Positions 21,173 through 31,260 of a stretch of 64,000 nt of DNA are shown here, in pieces. Numbering within the stretch: position 1 is the first letter of the stretch; every line of letters begins with the position of its first letter. The DNA is from a virus (Duplodnaviria; Caudoviricetes), in IMG/VR virus record IMGVR_UViG_3300010885_031309. One strand, 5' to 3'. A program made the translations under genes and the position numbers. The notes beneath the pieces were generated by a model. It was not told the DNA's origin, searched no databases, and saw nothing but the letters and a program-made list of their open reading frames with translations.

Positions 21173-21661
21173 TTATGTCGCAATGGCACGAATGCCAACA
21201 ATTTCTTTCCAACGGTCCGCAGCATACGATGCAGCAAAAGCACGTGGCTTTACCAATGGCACTACATTACACATGCCCTTTACATAACCAATAGCTTCAT
21301 TAACAACGATGCTGCTGTTATGCATTTCATTTGGATTAATGTCCAAGTGAACCTCAACATCAAACGGTACCTCTTTTGCCAACGCTAGATATAGATTGCT
21401 GACACGATATACTTCATTCATTAGTCGCATGCGAGGGCGATCAGCACGTTGATCATAATCACGCTCACGATCAACAGCACCGAAGATTTTACATCCATTT
21501 TTGCCATTGACATGTATAACAACCGCAGTAATATAATCAGCATACCAAACATTGTTATACTGTAGTCGTTCACTGTCGCAACCAATGTAGATTTTTGTAT
21601 TGTCGGCCAGATTTTCGCAAAATGCGACAACTTCATCAATGTCAATATGCTTCTTATGCAT
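21173..21661 (-). CDS. RNase H-like YkuK family (DUF458) protein
   Basis: IYIGCDS, RLMNEV, EVHLDINP, FAASYAAD. Confidence 0.85.
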   Translation of the reverse strand: MHKKHIDIDEVVAFCENLADNTKIYIGCDSERLQYNNVWYADYITAVVIHVNGKNGCKIFGAVDRERDYDQRADRPRMRLMNEVYRVSNLYLALAKEVPFDVEVHLDINPNEMHNSSIVVNEAIGYVKGMCNVVPLVKPRAFAASYAADRWKEIVGIRAIAT

Positions 21662-21673
21662 GATTATATCTCC

Positions 21674-21961
21674 TTAAAAAACATCATGTCTCTTTGGTTT
21701 ATTTCTTTCACTGCGGTCTTTAATCTTATTTAGATACTCGCGGCCAACTCTACCCGATTCAATATCATTTAGTGCCACTTTAGTTGGAATATGCTGTTGC
21801 TTTCGTTGCTCTAAATATTCATTCACACTCATATCACTATTTTTCATAGCATCATCTTCGTGCTTGCGAATGCGATGTAGTTCACGCAAACGCTCACTGG
21901 CAACCAGAATTAAATCAAATCTGTTACCAATCATGTCACACATTTTGTTAAAATCATTCAT
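21674..21961 (-). CDS. RNA polymerase omega-subunit-like protein
   Basis: NRFDLILVASER.REL...VAL.DI..G pattern of RpoZ. Confidence 0.65.
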   Translation of the reverse strand: MNDFNKMCDMIGNRFDLILVASERLRELHRIRKHEDDAMKNSDMSVNEYLEQRKQQHIPTKVALNDIESGRVGREYLNKIKDRSERNKPKRHDVF

Positions 21962-21996
21962 ATTTTATCCTAAGTATAATGTTAAATTATAGTATG

Positions 21997-22773
21997 TTAT
22001 ATTATTTTGTCAAGTAAGCTGTCAACTATTTTACGGCGATGTTCTGAATTCTTGGCACCCATTACTATTAAGAAATATCTAGTGTTATTGTGTACAAACA
22101 ACATGGTCAAACATCTACCAGCCGAATTTGTAAATCCAGTTTTGGCTGCCACGATATTTAATCGCCCAGCATACCAATTAGTATTGTTGCTCTGTATCAA
22201 TACGCTTTTTTTGAGTCCCATAGCACTGAAAAGCGTAGACCTGACATTAGCCGCCATTTTGTACACCGCCCAATTCTCTACTTCAAGTACTAATTTTTTA
22301 ATGTCATCTGCACTGCTTTTATTATCAGATAATAATCCAGTTGTATCACTGTATCTAGTATTACTCATGCCCAATTCTTGGGCTAATTGATTCATAGTAG
22401 CAAGAAAAGCAGTGTATCCACCTGGAAAAGTTTCTGCTAGTGTTCTGGTCGCAAGATTATCACTTGAAATAAGAGCCAACTCAATCAAATGATTACGGGT
22501 AATCTTCATCCCGGATCTTATATGTTTACTGGATTCTTTACCTACAACAGTTAACACTTCATCTAAGTCTAGATTGCCTCGTAATACAACCAACACACTC
22601 ATTAACTTTGTAATACTGGCTATAGAACGAATTTGTGCCTCGTTATGACTATCAACTACAACATTGTTGTCTAAATTCAATAACATATAAGACGGAATAG
22701 ACTCAGACACTCTCTGTGCAGAATAACAATTCAATCCAAAAAGAATTAACAATAATGCAATTACAACTCGCAT
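21997..22773 (-). CDS. D-alanyl-D-alanine peptidase (S11, PbpG-like) with signal peptide
   Basis: SxxK (SITK), SxN (SDN), KTG motifs. Confidence 0.9.
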   Translation of the reverse strand: MRVVIALLLILFGLNCYSAQRVSESIPSYMLLNLDNNVVVDSHNEAQIRSIASITKLMSVLVVLRGNLDLDEVLTVVGKESSKHIRSGMKITRNHLIELALISSDNLATRTLAETFPGGYTAFLATMNQLAQELGMSNTRYSDTTGLLSDNKSSADDIKKLVLEVENWAVYKMAANVRSTLFSAMGLKKSVLIQSNNTNWYAGRLNIVAAKTGFTNSAGRCLTMLFVHNNTRYFLIVMGAKNSEHRRKIVDSLLDKII

Positions 22774-22962
22774 ATATTATTTACTAAATAACTGTGTGAT
22801 ATCACATACTATACACACCGAAAACGAATACATATTCCATATATCACTCAGTGAACATGGAATATGCTATATTATAGTTTTTGATCTGTATACAAATGCG
22901 ATTAGTATGAAATACTTCTGCGATTACTCTAGTGCAATAGAGTTTATCAACACTCTAGAACA

Positions 22963-23151
22963 TTAAAGCATTTCTTTTAATTGTTTGCGTTGCTCTGGTG
23001 TCAACACCAACTCAAATCGCATTTCGGTATTATCATTCCATTGTGTATAAAATCTCAAATGATCAGAAACATTTCCCACGGAAATTGGTTTGACCAATTC
23101 AGCATATACACGATAATTTCCATTTTCACTGATTAATGTTTTATTACTCAT
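22963..23151 (-). CDS. Hypothetical protein
   Basis: 62 aa ORF with RBS. Confidence 0.5.
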   Translation of the reverse strand: MSNKTLISENGNYRVYAELVKPISVGNVSDHLRFYTQWNDNTEMRFELVLTPEQRKQLKEML

Positions 23152-23166
23152 TATTTTCCTTTTGTT

Positions 23167-23256
23167 TGGCGGATAGTGAGGGATTCGAACCCCCGAGGAT
23201 ATCGCTACCCTAACTGCTTAGTAGGCAGCCGCCATCGTCCACTCGGCCAACTATCC
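23167..23256 (-). tRNA. tRNA-Ser(ACT)
   Basis: GCTGC-CTACTAA-GCAGT anticodon arm, long variable arm, G73, encoded CCA. Confidence 0.85.
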
Positions 23257-23338
23257 TTATACCATATCGAAACACACTGCCGCAAACTTTCAATGCTGTA
23301 GTGAAGTCTATGCCACTCGCAATATGCTTCGATATGGT
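23257..23338 (-). ncRNA. Spacer hairpin with GCATATT/AGTGTGT core
   Basis: ACCATATCGAA/TTCGATATGGT closing stem includes the ACCA end of tRNA-Leu. Confidence 0.6.
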
Positions 23339-23656
23339 GCCCGGAGCCGGACTCGAACCGGCACGCCTTTTACGGCGAGGGATTTTAAGCGTGTTGTCTC
23401 AAAGTTTCCTAAGAGCACGGACTATCTCTTTACCTTCAACATTACTTGTTAAGGTAGTGGGCGTTCATGCTGGTTATTAAGAGGGCTTTACCTCTCCAGT
23501 AGTCTCTACACCTTCAAGGAATGTATTCCTTGCTTGGCTCGCGATTGCCATTTTACAGGCTCTCCCGAGTTAACCCACAGTTTACTCAAACATTTCTGTC
23601 TGAGGGGGACGGGCTTTCTGGTCCTCCCTTGTGTCTACCTATTTCACCATCCGGGC
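23335..23656 (-). tRNA. tRNA-Leu(TAA) interrupted by a group I intron (23390-23624) at position 31/32
   Basis: Exons 23625-23656 and 23335-23389 rebuild a canonical Leu(UAA); intron has IC3-like GCAATC..GAGCCAAGC, GTAGAGACTA, GATAGTCC and ends in G. Confidence 0.85.
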
Positions 23657-23659
23657 AAT

Positions 23660-24310
23660 TTAATTTTTAAAACTCTTTCCGTGTTTCCTTGTTTCATTAT
23701 ACTCAATCACATATTTTTTCCATAGCATAGTCAATCTAGGCTGTGAAGTTTTTATGGATTTAGCAAACGAAGTCACAGATTTGCAATCTGATTTAAGAAA
23801 AGTTTCATATAATTGATATGCCAATTTTCTTGATTCTTCATTTCTATCTGTTAAATAGTCTTCTCTTGATCTTAAATTTTCTTTATCAAAATTTATAACT
23901 CTACCTAACTCCCATCCTTCTTCAACTTTGAAATTTTTTGGGACTCTTTTTGACAGTCTCAACTTTTTATTGTGAATCCAAAAAGAGCCATATTGAGAAT
24001 TATTTTCTCCTGATTGAGCAAAAGACATTGCTTCAGATAATTTTCTGCGTAGCCAGCCATATAATTTGTTGGATGGTCTGTCTGGAATCATCATTGCGGC
24101 TGCCTTTACCAAGGCAAAATTTTTTGGATACATTTTGACTAATAGTTGATGAGCAACATAATGTTCTTCAGGTGTTAATGGTGCCAAATTAGAAGGATCA
24201 TCAGATCCACCCAAACATTTGGGAACAATATGATGATACTCAACATAATCACTTAATGATCTTGATTTAGCCTTTTCAATCAAAAGATTGTAGTGTTTTA
24301 CATAATTCAT
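23660..24310 (-). mobile_element. Free-standing HNH homing endonuclease
   Basis: HHIVPKCLGG...NL..LTPEEH..AH; GATAAATA late-type promoter upstream. Confidence 0.85.
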
Positions 24311-24366
24311 AATTGTAATAATAAAGTTATAACTTTATTTATCACATTTATGAGTTTTTAAATTTT

Positions 24367-24654
24367 TGGTAGGCCCCCTGGGGATCGAACCCAGACTCTA
24401 TCGATTATGCTTACCACTATAGTTTTCACTACCAGATTACCCTGTTTGTGGTCTGGACTATGCCTTCACCATCGCTTTCGCATTAGGTGGGTGATTATAG
24501 TCTCTACACGTTCCCTTGCGGGCTTCGCTCGGCGTTGGCATCAGCATTACCTGTTAAGCGTTCACCGAATTTACACCTTACTACTATACCGTTTCCAGTA
24601 TAGCGACCCATTATTACTTAAGTCGATTGCATTTACCAATTATGCTAGAGGCCC
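24367..24654 (-). tRNA. tRNA(CAT), likely Ile2 (or Met), with group I intron (24410-24620) at position 33/34
   Basis: ATCGA-CT|CAT-AA-TCGAT; P1 GACU/GGUC with U-G pair; R and S elements; terminal G. Confidence 0.9.
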
Positions 24655-24660
24655 ATTTAT

Positions 24661-24731
24661 TTCTTAAAGAGCGTTTGCTGACTAACTATTTGTTTTATCA
24701 GCGTATGAATACATTGTATTCTTATCTTACT
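24661..24731 (-). promoter_or_regulatory. Promoter plus boxB-like hairpin and boxA (CGCTCTTTAAGAA) upstream of tRNA operon
   Basis: TTGACA-N17-TACAAT, then GCTGA...TCAGC hairpin, then boxA-like sequence. Confidence 0.6.
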
Positions 24732-25350
24732 TATCTGTCAAGTCATGTTCTTCCATTTTTTGTCTAGCTTCTAACTTTTTACGCAGCATAGTATGAATAC
24801 CAGGATTTACTCTAAGAATACCAGGCATAAGTTGATGCCTAATATAATTGCGAGTATACTCAATATCATTATTACTAGTATCCTCAATCCACTCAACATT
24901 TTTGCGCCGCGCCCAATCTTCTAGATCATATTTTCTATTTAGAAGTAGTGGTCTAATCACATTAGCACGACTGTAGGGCATTAAACTACTAGTGCCGTGT
25001 AAGCTACTCCACACCCAAGTTTCAGCAACATCGTCTAAGTGATGTGCTGTCGCTACGGTTTCAAAGTTACTAAAAAACTTGTATCGCTCATTGCGCCAAT
25101 GTTCCTCCGAACTAAGATTTTTTGGCTTGTTGGCATCAATCACATACACATGAACGGGCATCTTGTATTGTTTACACACTGTGCTAGTTACAAACTTGTA
25201 GGCTCGTTCACTATTCTCAGTTCTGTGATGCACGAATGCCACGCTTACATCATGGTTTTTACGCAAGAAGTCAAACAACACCATGCTATCTACACCGCCG
25301 CTTAGTGCGACGGTGATTTTTCGCGGCACAGTTTCTAACAGCTTAATCAC
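24727..25350 (-). CDS. tilS: tRNA(Ile)-lysidine synthetase, catalytic domain only
   Basis: SGGVDS PP-loop, ATAHHLDD.AET, IRPLL, EDTSN...YTRNYIRH. Confidence 0.9.
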   Translation of the reverse strand: MIKLLETVPRKITVALSGGVDSMVLFDFLRKNHDVSVAFVHHRTENSERAYKFVTSTVCKQYKMPVHVYVIDANKPKNLSSEEHWRNERYKFFSNFETVATAHHLDDVAETWVWSSLHGTSSLMPYSRANVIRPLLLNRKYDLEDWARRKNVEWIEDTSNNDIEYTRNYIRHQLMPGILRVNPGIHTMLRKKLEARQKMEEHDLTDK

Positions 25351-25467
25351 TTAACGAACATGTAGTGAAAGAACAAGAATGCGATTACGCCTACGACAGT
25401 AATGTGTCCACAATTTTGCCAGAAGGAAAAATCCTTACTGTAGAACCAATTAGCAATTTTCTTCATT

Positions 25468-25881
25468 TTACTTCTCCAGAATGTAGGGTTGATCCCACTT
25501 GCCGATATTGACATCAACGTACCAACCCACCGAAAAGTAGTCAGTTTGAATGTCCGAGTTGTCATAGTTGCCGTAGTTCATCAGAGGGATAACTTCGGAC
25601 AAGAACTTCAGAGCCACACCGCTGTAATGATTCTTGTAGTGATAGACATTTACATTATCATACTTGTTCTTGTTGGGAGTGAAGCCACGAGACACTTGAT
25701 AGTGATCGTTGCCGCACACCTCGTTGGCATTGCCAATGAAGTCAATGACACCACTCTTGATGTTCAGGCACAGAGTGCTATGATTACGCACAGACAAGGT
25801 AGCCTTGACGCCATACTTCTTGCACACAGCCTTGATATGAGGTGCCAGAGTCTTTTTGAGGTCTTGAGATACAAAAGCCAT
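25468..25881 (-). CDS. Conserved hypothetical early protein
   Basis: DNSDIQTDYF.VGWY..VNIGKWD.PY motif. Confidence 0.65.
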   Translation of the reverse strand: MAFVSQDLKKTLAPHIKAVCKKYGVKATLSVRNHSTLCLNIKSGVIDFIGNANEVCGNDHYQVSRGFTPNKNKYDNVNVYHYKNHYSGVALKFLSEVIPLMNYGNYDNSDIQTDYFSVGWYVDVNIGKWDQPYILEK

Positions 25882-25921
25882 TTGTTTACTCCAGGTGTTT
25901 ATCTACTATGAATACAGTATA

Positions 25922-26953
25922 TCAAAGAACCGATTTATTGTCAAATAATTCTGATTTCTGTTTTTTATAAACAACAGTGGTATCGCTACTTTTTTGATTT
26001 TTATTTATAGATGATTGATTACTTTGACGTTTACTGCTTATAACCTCAAGTACATCGGCTTCCTGATATTTAAATTCTGTATGATATTTCAATACATCCT
26101 CATTCATATCTCGGCTTCGCACTTTACCTACATTCCAACAACTTACACCATGTGGGTTTAAGTGGTCTATTCCAAGTTTAATGATATCTCTTAGAAAGCC
26201 GTCAGCCCATTGTTGATAGGTTGATGCTTCGCTAACACTCTGAGTGGATTCGTGTGAGTATACTTCTAAATTAAAATAAGGAGGACTGGTGAGTACCATA
26301 TCAAAAGTAGACAAATTATATTTTGTCATGTTTCTGGCGTCATCACAAATAAGCGTTACACTATTCTGAATACCGAGAAACTGTACAATATTCATCAGAT
26401 TTGCATATGTAGTGGTGTTGGGTTCAAAAGCAGTGTAATGTGCCCCATAGGCAACCGCGCCCAACATTCGTCCTCCCCAACCTGCACACGGGTCCAAAAC
26501 TCGTTTTGGTTGGTACTTGATACATGCTAGTTTCATCATCTGAGGGCGATACATTGTGTTTTTTGTAAGCCCGCAGCAAAAATATATACCACGCTTTAGT
26601 TCGCTGAGATATGGAGTAGTATGTGACTTACGATTCCAGCGTAAGATTTTTTCTAGATTCTTAGCCTTCCATAGACTAGCAAAACTTACACCTCTATCGT
26701 TTTCAATGTTATAAAAGTTGGGACAGTAATGTTCACTCAACTTCATACCAAGTCTAGACGTTGAATTTATGTTATTTTCACTGGTTGTCCATTTGAGTAA
26801 TTTATTCCAGTCTTCTGATAATTCTTTGTCGCTATACAGTGTATGAAAATTGACTTGCTCTAACTCAGTTGCTAACTGAGACACTTTGCTCTCAAAATCA
26901 GCATCAGTTAGATTTCGTGTAGAATTTTTTTTGTTCAGAAAGTTATTTATCAC
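25922..26953 (-). CDS. DNA amino-methyltransferase (N4C/N6A)
   Basis: DPCAGWGG (motif I) and TSPPYF (motif IV). Confidence 0.85.
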   Translation of the reverse strand: MINNFLNKKNSTRNLTDADFESKVSQLATELEQVNFHTLYSDKELSEDWNKLLKWTTSENNINSTSRLGMKLSEHYCPNFYNIENDRGVSFASLWKAKNLEKILRWNRKSHTTPYLSELKRGIYFCCGLTKNTMYRPQMMKLACIKYQPKRVLDPCAGWGGRMLGAVAYGAHYTAFEPNTTTYANLMNIVQFLGIQNSVTLICDDARNMTKYNLSTFDMVLTSPPYFNLEVYSHESTQSVSEASTYQQWADGFLRDIIKLGIDHLNPHGVSCWNVGKVRSRDMNEDVLKYHTEFKYQEADVLEVISSKRQSNQSSINKNQKSSDTTVVYKKQKSELFDNKSVL

Positions 26954-27524
26954 CGCGTTCCTTAAAAAATCGTGCTAGTGAAGTTGTCAGGCAATTTGTT
27001 TTATTTATTACTTCTTCGTTGTAGAAATGAATTTTTACCTGAGTTGAATTAATTATATCTTTGTATGAAAATGGACAGACAATTCGCTTTCCGAGTTTTG
27101 CGTTTATAATAGGGATTTTCAGGCGTTCGTAAATATCACTTATAGGAAATTCCACAATAAACAGCAAATCATTTGCCATAAAAGAACTGCAAATAATATC
27201 ACAATCTTTCTTCTTTTCTAACAATGAAAGTGTCAGATCATTGAAATTGCCACCTAAACTTACTTTTTTGTCAGTGAAAAATCTAGGCTTTATCTCTTTT
27301 TGACGTCCGGTTGTTGGATCAAATCCATCAAATCCGTGTTTGCTATCATATGACTGATATTTCAAATAATGTAATGTTACGGCCTCGCGAATAGATGATG
27401 AATTGCAATCTGAAATGTAATTGATAAATGTTTCTTTATCAATAGAATGCATGCTATCAAAGCGATCTCTATTGCCAAGAAAAAAACTGGTATAAAAATC
27501 CAGAGCGTCCTTACTGAAGGCCAT
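26943..27524 (-). CDS. Putative PD-(D/E)xK restriction endonuclease partner
   Basis: HGFDGFD...KEIKP motif; overlaps methyltransferase start. Confidence 0.55.
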   Translation of the reverse strand: MAFSKDALDFYTSFFLGNRDRFDSMHSIDKETFINYISDCNSSSIREAVTLHYLKYQSYDSKHGFDGFDPTTGRQKEIKPRFFTDKKVSLGGNFNDLTLSLLEKKKDCDIICSSFMANDLLFIVEFPISDIYERLKIPIINAKLGKRIVCPFSYKDIINSTQVKIHFYNEEVINKTNCLTTSLARFFKERGDK

Positions 27525-27548
27525 ATATGAAATTTATTGTCAAATATT

Positions 27549-28849
27549 TTAGTACGAAAAAGTGCCGGGTGCAATAAAATCGTAGGAGGTGTCGTACACA
27601 CCGACCTTGCCGTAAGCGATTGCGACGGTTACACGTTCTCGCAGAGCATTGAAAACTTGCGTGGCAATTTTGGAATCTTGGGTTTCCAAGAACAGTGTGC
27701 CCTCGTAAAAATACGCGGGAACAGTAGTTACAGACTTGACAACATTCAGAACCGTCTTTTCAAAGGCCATTTTGTTCACCTCATCAACTCAATGAATACA
27801 GTATAACCGAAATCTGATTTATTGTCAAGTTTCAACAAAATAACGATTGTAGAATTCAGTGTCCAATTCTGCTGAGAAAATGTCCCAAAGATTTTTTTGT
27901 TGTCTAAGAGCAATTTGAATACTAGACATAATACCGTGCGTTTCACGGGCTTTCAAATAATATTCCAGATAGCTATTCAAATCACCGTGTCGGTCGGCAA
28001 TTTGCTCAGCAATTTGCATAGACTTGGAAATAGTATTCATATGATTATCGCCTTGTTTAGTGACTGTGAATACAGTATAGCAAGTCGGTTATTTATTGTC
28101 AAACTCAGGCGGCAGAGAGCATGTTTGCAGGAACGCGCCACTGCATGCTGTAGAAGCTGGTAGACTTTTCCCGAACAATGATGAACTTGCGGTTGACCTT
28201 TTCTACGGTGCCAAAAACCGTTTGGCCAGTGCGGCTGCTGGTGAACTTCACCTCGGATCCAGCACGGAAGGTATACTTATTCTTTTTAGCGATTTGATTA
28301 CGAGCGAACTTTACTGCTGTCATAATAGAATCCAGTTGGTCGTTAGTGAATTGACCCTGAATGATGCTAGAATTGATTTCCTGAATGGTAGCCATTTGTT
28401 AACTCCTGTTGTTTTCTGACAGTGAATACAGTATAACAGTATTTGGATTTATAGTCAAGTCTTGGAAAGTGACAGAATGATCTTGGCTTGCAACAACAGT
28501 TCTTCTCTACTGCTATTGCTCAAGCTAAGTTGACTAAAGTTGTACCAATTCTTGTTGATAATATCAACTTGAGTGTCGTTGAAAAACTCGGACAAGAACA
28601 ACACAATCCAACGAGGAAGATTCATCACAACTCCTTATCAACTAGACACACAGTATATCAAACCACTGAATTATCGTCAAGTTTTCTGTTGTCTAATTGC
28701 GATCTTAACAGCTCTATTTCATCTGCTGCCTGTTCTAAAATCTCTGCTATACGGTCAGGTTTACCCTCTTGTACGCTCTTTCTACCAGGAATTTGACGGC
28801 GAATTTCTGCCCGTTTTCTCAATCTGTATACTATGTCTTGTTCATTCAT
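27549..28849 (-). CDS. Four small early genes, three directly behind their own promoter (27549-27779, 27825-28040, 28105-28395, 28658-28849)
   Basis: Promoter-ORF cassettes. Confidence 0.6.
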
Positions 28850-29154
28850 GTATGCTCTACGATTTTTATTTCAGTTGCATCAATAGCAGATTGACAAACA
28901 TTACAGGGTTTTGCCAATGCTGGATTCCCATGTCTGTCATATCTTATGATAAGAATTCTGTGAGCCCTACTCAAATCTCTACATTTGGTGATAGCTGAGA
29001 TTTCAGCATGCAAGAATACCTTGTGCTCTTCGCCAACCTGCGAAGCATATTTCGCCTGTAGTGGATGAGTTTTTACATACGAATTCTGTCCTACCGATAA
29101 CACGCGACCGCGCTTATCATAGATGAACGCGGTCATATTTTGTCGCTGAGTCAT
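28846..29154 (-). CDS. Cytidine/dCMP deaminase-like zinc protein
   Basis: HAEISAI and PCNVC motifs. Confidence 0.75.
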   Translation of the reverse strand: MTQRQNMTAFIYDKRGRVLSVGQNSYVKTHPLQAKYASQVGEEHKVFLHAEISAITKCRDLSRAHRILIIRYDRHGNPALAKPCNVCQSAIDATEIKIVEHT

Positions 29155-29232
29155 TATTCTTAATGCCGTTCAAAATACTGTCGGATCCAATCAAGCCGAG
29201 ATTGCTCATCCATAGCAGTATACTGTTCAATA

Positions 29233-29565
29233 TTAGCGCGAATAGCACCTACAAGTGGATAATACTCCTAGTAGTTCCTTGATTAGGGTCTTTTTATCTT
29301 CCGTTGACATACCATCAACTCCGAAATGTTTCTTTACAACATAACCAACATCATTGCCAGTTAGTTTTTCTTCGCCCCATTCTATTTCAAACAATCCGGC
29401 ACATTCCCTAACAATCAACTCGGCGAACTTTTCCAATTGAAAATCAAGTAGTCCGATGTTTTTAACATACCTTGGACCTTTGTCATCGTTTTGTTCCGAT
29501 ATTTTGGTTAATACTTCCTGCATCGGACCGGCCTGTTCAGCAAGTTCTTTAATTCTTTCTCTCAT
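29233..29565 (-). CDS. Member of MNERI...KFAELIV...HFGVE paralogue family
   Basis: Shared motifs with 42248-45756 copies. Confidence 0.7.
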   Translation of the reverse strand: MRERIKELAEQAGPMQEVLTKISEQNDDKGPRYVKNIGLLDFQLEKFAELIVRECAGLFEIEWGEEKLTGNDVGYVVKKHFGVDGMSTEDKKTLIKELLGVLSTCRCYSR

Positions 29566-29689
29566 TTATATACTTTCAGTTGTTTCGGTATAAATAAGTA
29601 TAGCATAAAACAAAGTTTATGTCAACAAAAATGTCCTTCGCGGTTCTCCCAAACCCAAGGACTCTAACAGTTTGTAAGGAACTATCAGC

Positions 29690-30361
29690 ATGAGTATTTA
29701 TTGCGTCTACCTAACCATATATCGAGGAACAAAACTTCCGCCATTTTATATTGGATCCAGTTCAGTAGAAAAAGTCCAAAACGGGTATCACGGTTCAGTC
29801 TGTTCAAAACAGTTTAAGGATATTTGGAAATCTGAACTTAGATTTAATCCTAACTTATTTGAAACCAAAATCATTTCAACGCATTCGGATAGAAAAGAAG
29901 CAACACTTAAAGAGCGAACTTTTCAAAAGAAAGTCAATGCGGTTAGAAACCCCCTTTACATCAATCAGTCATTTGCCGCTTATGACAGTTTTACTGACAG
30001 AGATCAATCTGGTAAGAATAATCCAATGTATGGGACTTCCCGAAAAGGAGAAGCAAATCCGTTTTATGGGCAAACTCATACCGAAGAGACTCTTGCCAAA
30101 ATGCGTGGAAGAAAATGCTCCGAAGCAAACAAAAAGTTATACAGTAAACTCAAAAAAGGTATTCCCGATTCTGAAGAAACAAAACTGAAAAAGAGTATTG
30201 CTAAGAAAGGAAAGCCGCCAAACAGTTCCAAAGTGCTCAACTCAGTATCAAAACAGAAGTTTATCTGTATGATTGATACTAAGAAAGAATACACTTATGT
30301 AAATGCTTGTCAGCGGCTTCCTGACATTAAACATCTCTTTTGGACAAAGAAGTTAGGATAG
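29690..30361 (+). mobile_element. GIY-YIG (Seg-like) homing endonuclease with NUMOD3-type repeats
   Basis: CVY...FYIGSS...GYHGS; NPMYG/NPFYG..HTEET; TATAAATA at 29589-29596. Confidence 0.85.
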
Positions 30362-31258
30362 GAACTCTCGAACCCAAGCCAATCGTTCTTGTTCAGTCTT
30401 TGCTGTGTATGCCTCTATGTCTGCTTGTATCGCAGAAAGCAAAGGATAATATTCTTCATCGATTTGCTTCTTAAAGTCTTCACGCATCAACTTGTCAGTC
30501 CGTGGATTACGAGCCACCCACTTATTTGTTAGATAATAAGGGCTCTTAATCTTGAAGGATACGCCGTCATCGGTGTATGCTACATAACCTTCGTGCTTAC
30601 ATTCCTTTGCTAGTTCCTTTAAACGGATCATGTTAGTAGTTACACCTTCTGCCCAGAAGCAGTTAAGTGTATCACGAGCAAAGTCCATTAGGAAATATGG
30701 GTCACGCATGATCTTAGAGCCCCAAGAGTTTTCACGAGCTCCTAGCAAATACATGCCTGACTTTTCTGGTATGATGTGTGGGTCACCTGGATGAACGCAC
30801 TCGAACATAAAAGTCATTCCTAAGCAATCTGCTGTGCCTAACGCCATGCGCCAATCTGTCAAAGGCATGTGTGTTGCCATCATTTCCTTTGCCATATCAA
30901 CAAATGGGCTGTCTGTGCTACCAGTAGTAGACACCAACAGTTCACCGTTATGAACAGTCATAGCAACCATAAAGCCGTTGACCTTACGGAATGCAGTCAC
31001 TTGAGTATCGTCAGCCAGCACTGGTGCAGCCTTTTCGACACCATAGTTGTAAATTTTCTGAAATGGATAAGACACCAAGTTGAAGTCACGATCAACAATA
31101 GTGCCACGACATTCTTCTAAGTAATCATTCCACAGATCATCATAGAATACTCGCTTGGCGTACTTTAACACAAACAGCCCAGGTTGCGACTTGGATTCCC
31201 GCACAGTAACTAGACGAGGATTATTCTCAACATATGCTTTCAAATCTTGCAAATTCAT
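30353..31258 (-). CDS. T4 Rnl1-like RNA ligase
   Basis: PFQKIYNY, KVNGF (motif I), FEC, EGYV...FKIKS. Confidence 0.8.
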   Translation of the reverse strand: MNLQDLKAYVENNPRLVTVRESKSQPGLFVLKYAKRVFYDDLWNDYLEECRGTIVDRDFNLVSYPFQKIYNYGVEKAAPVLADDTQVTAFRKVNGFMVAMTVHNGELLVSTTGSTDSPFVDMAKEMMATHMPLTDWRMALGTADCLGMTFMFECVHPGDPHIIPEKSGMYLLGARENSWGSKIMRDPYFLMDFARDTLNCFWAEGVTTNMIRLKELAKECKHEGYVAYTDDGVSFKIKSPYYLTNKWVARNPRTDKLMREDFKKQIDEEYYPLLSAIQADIEAYTAKTEQERLAWVREFLS

Positions 31259-31260
31259 TC

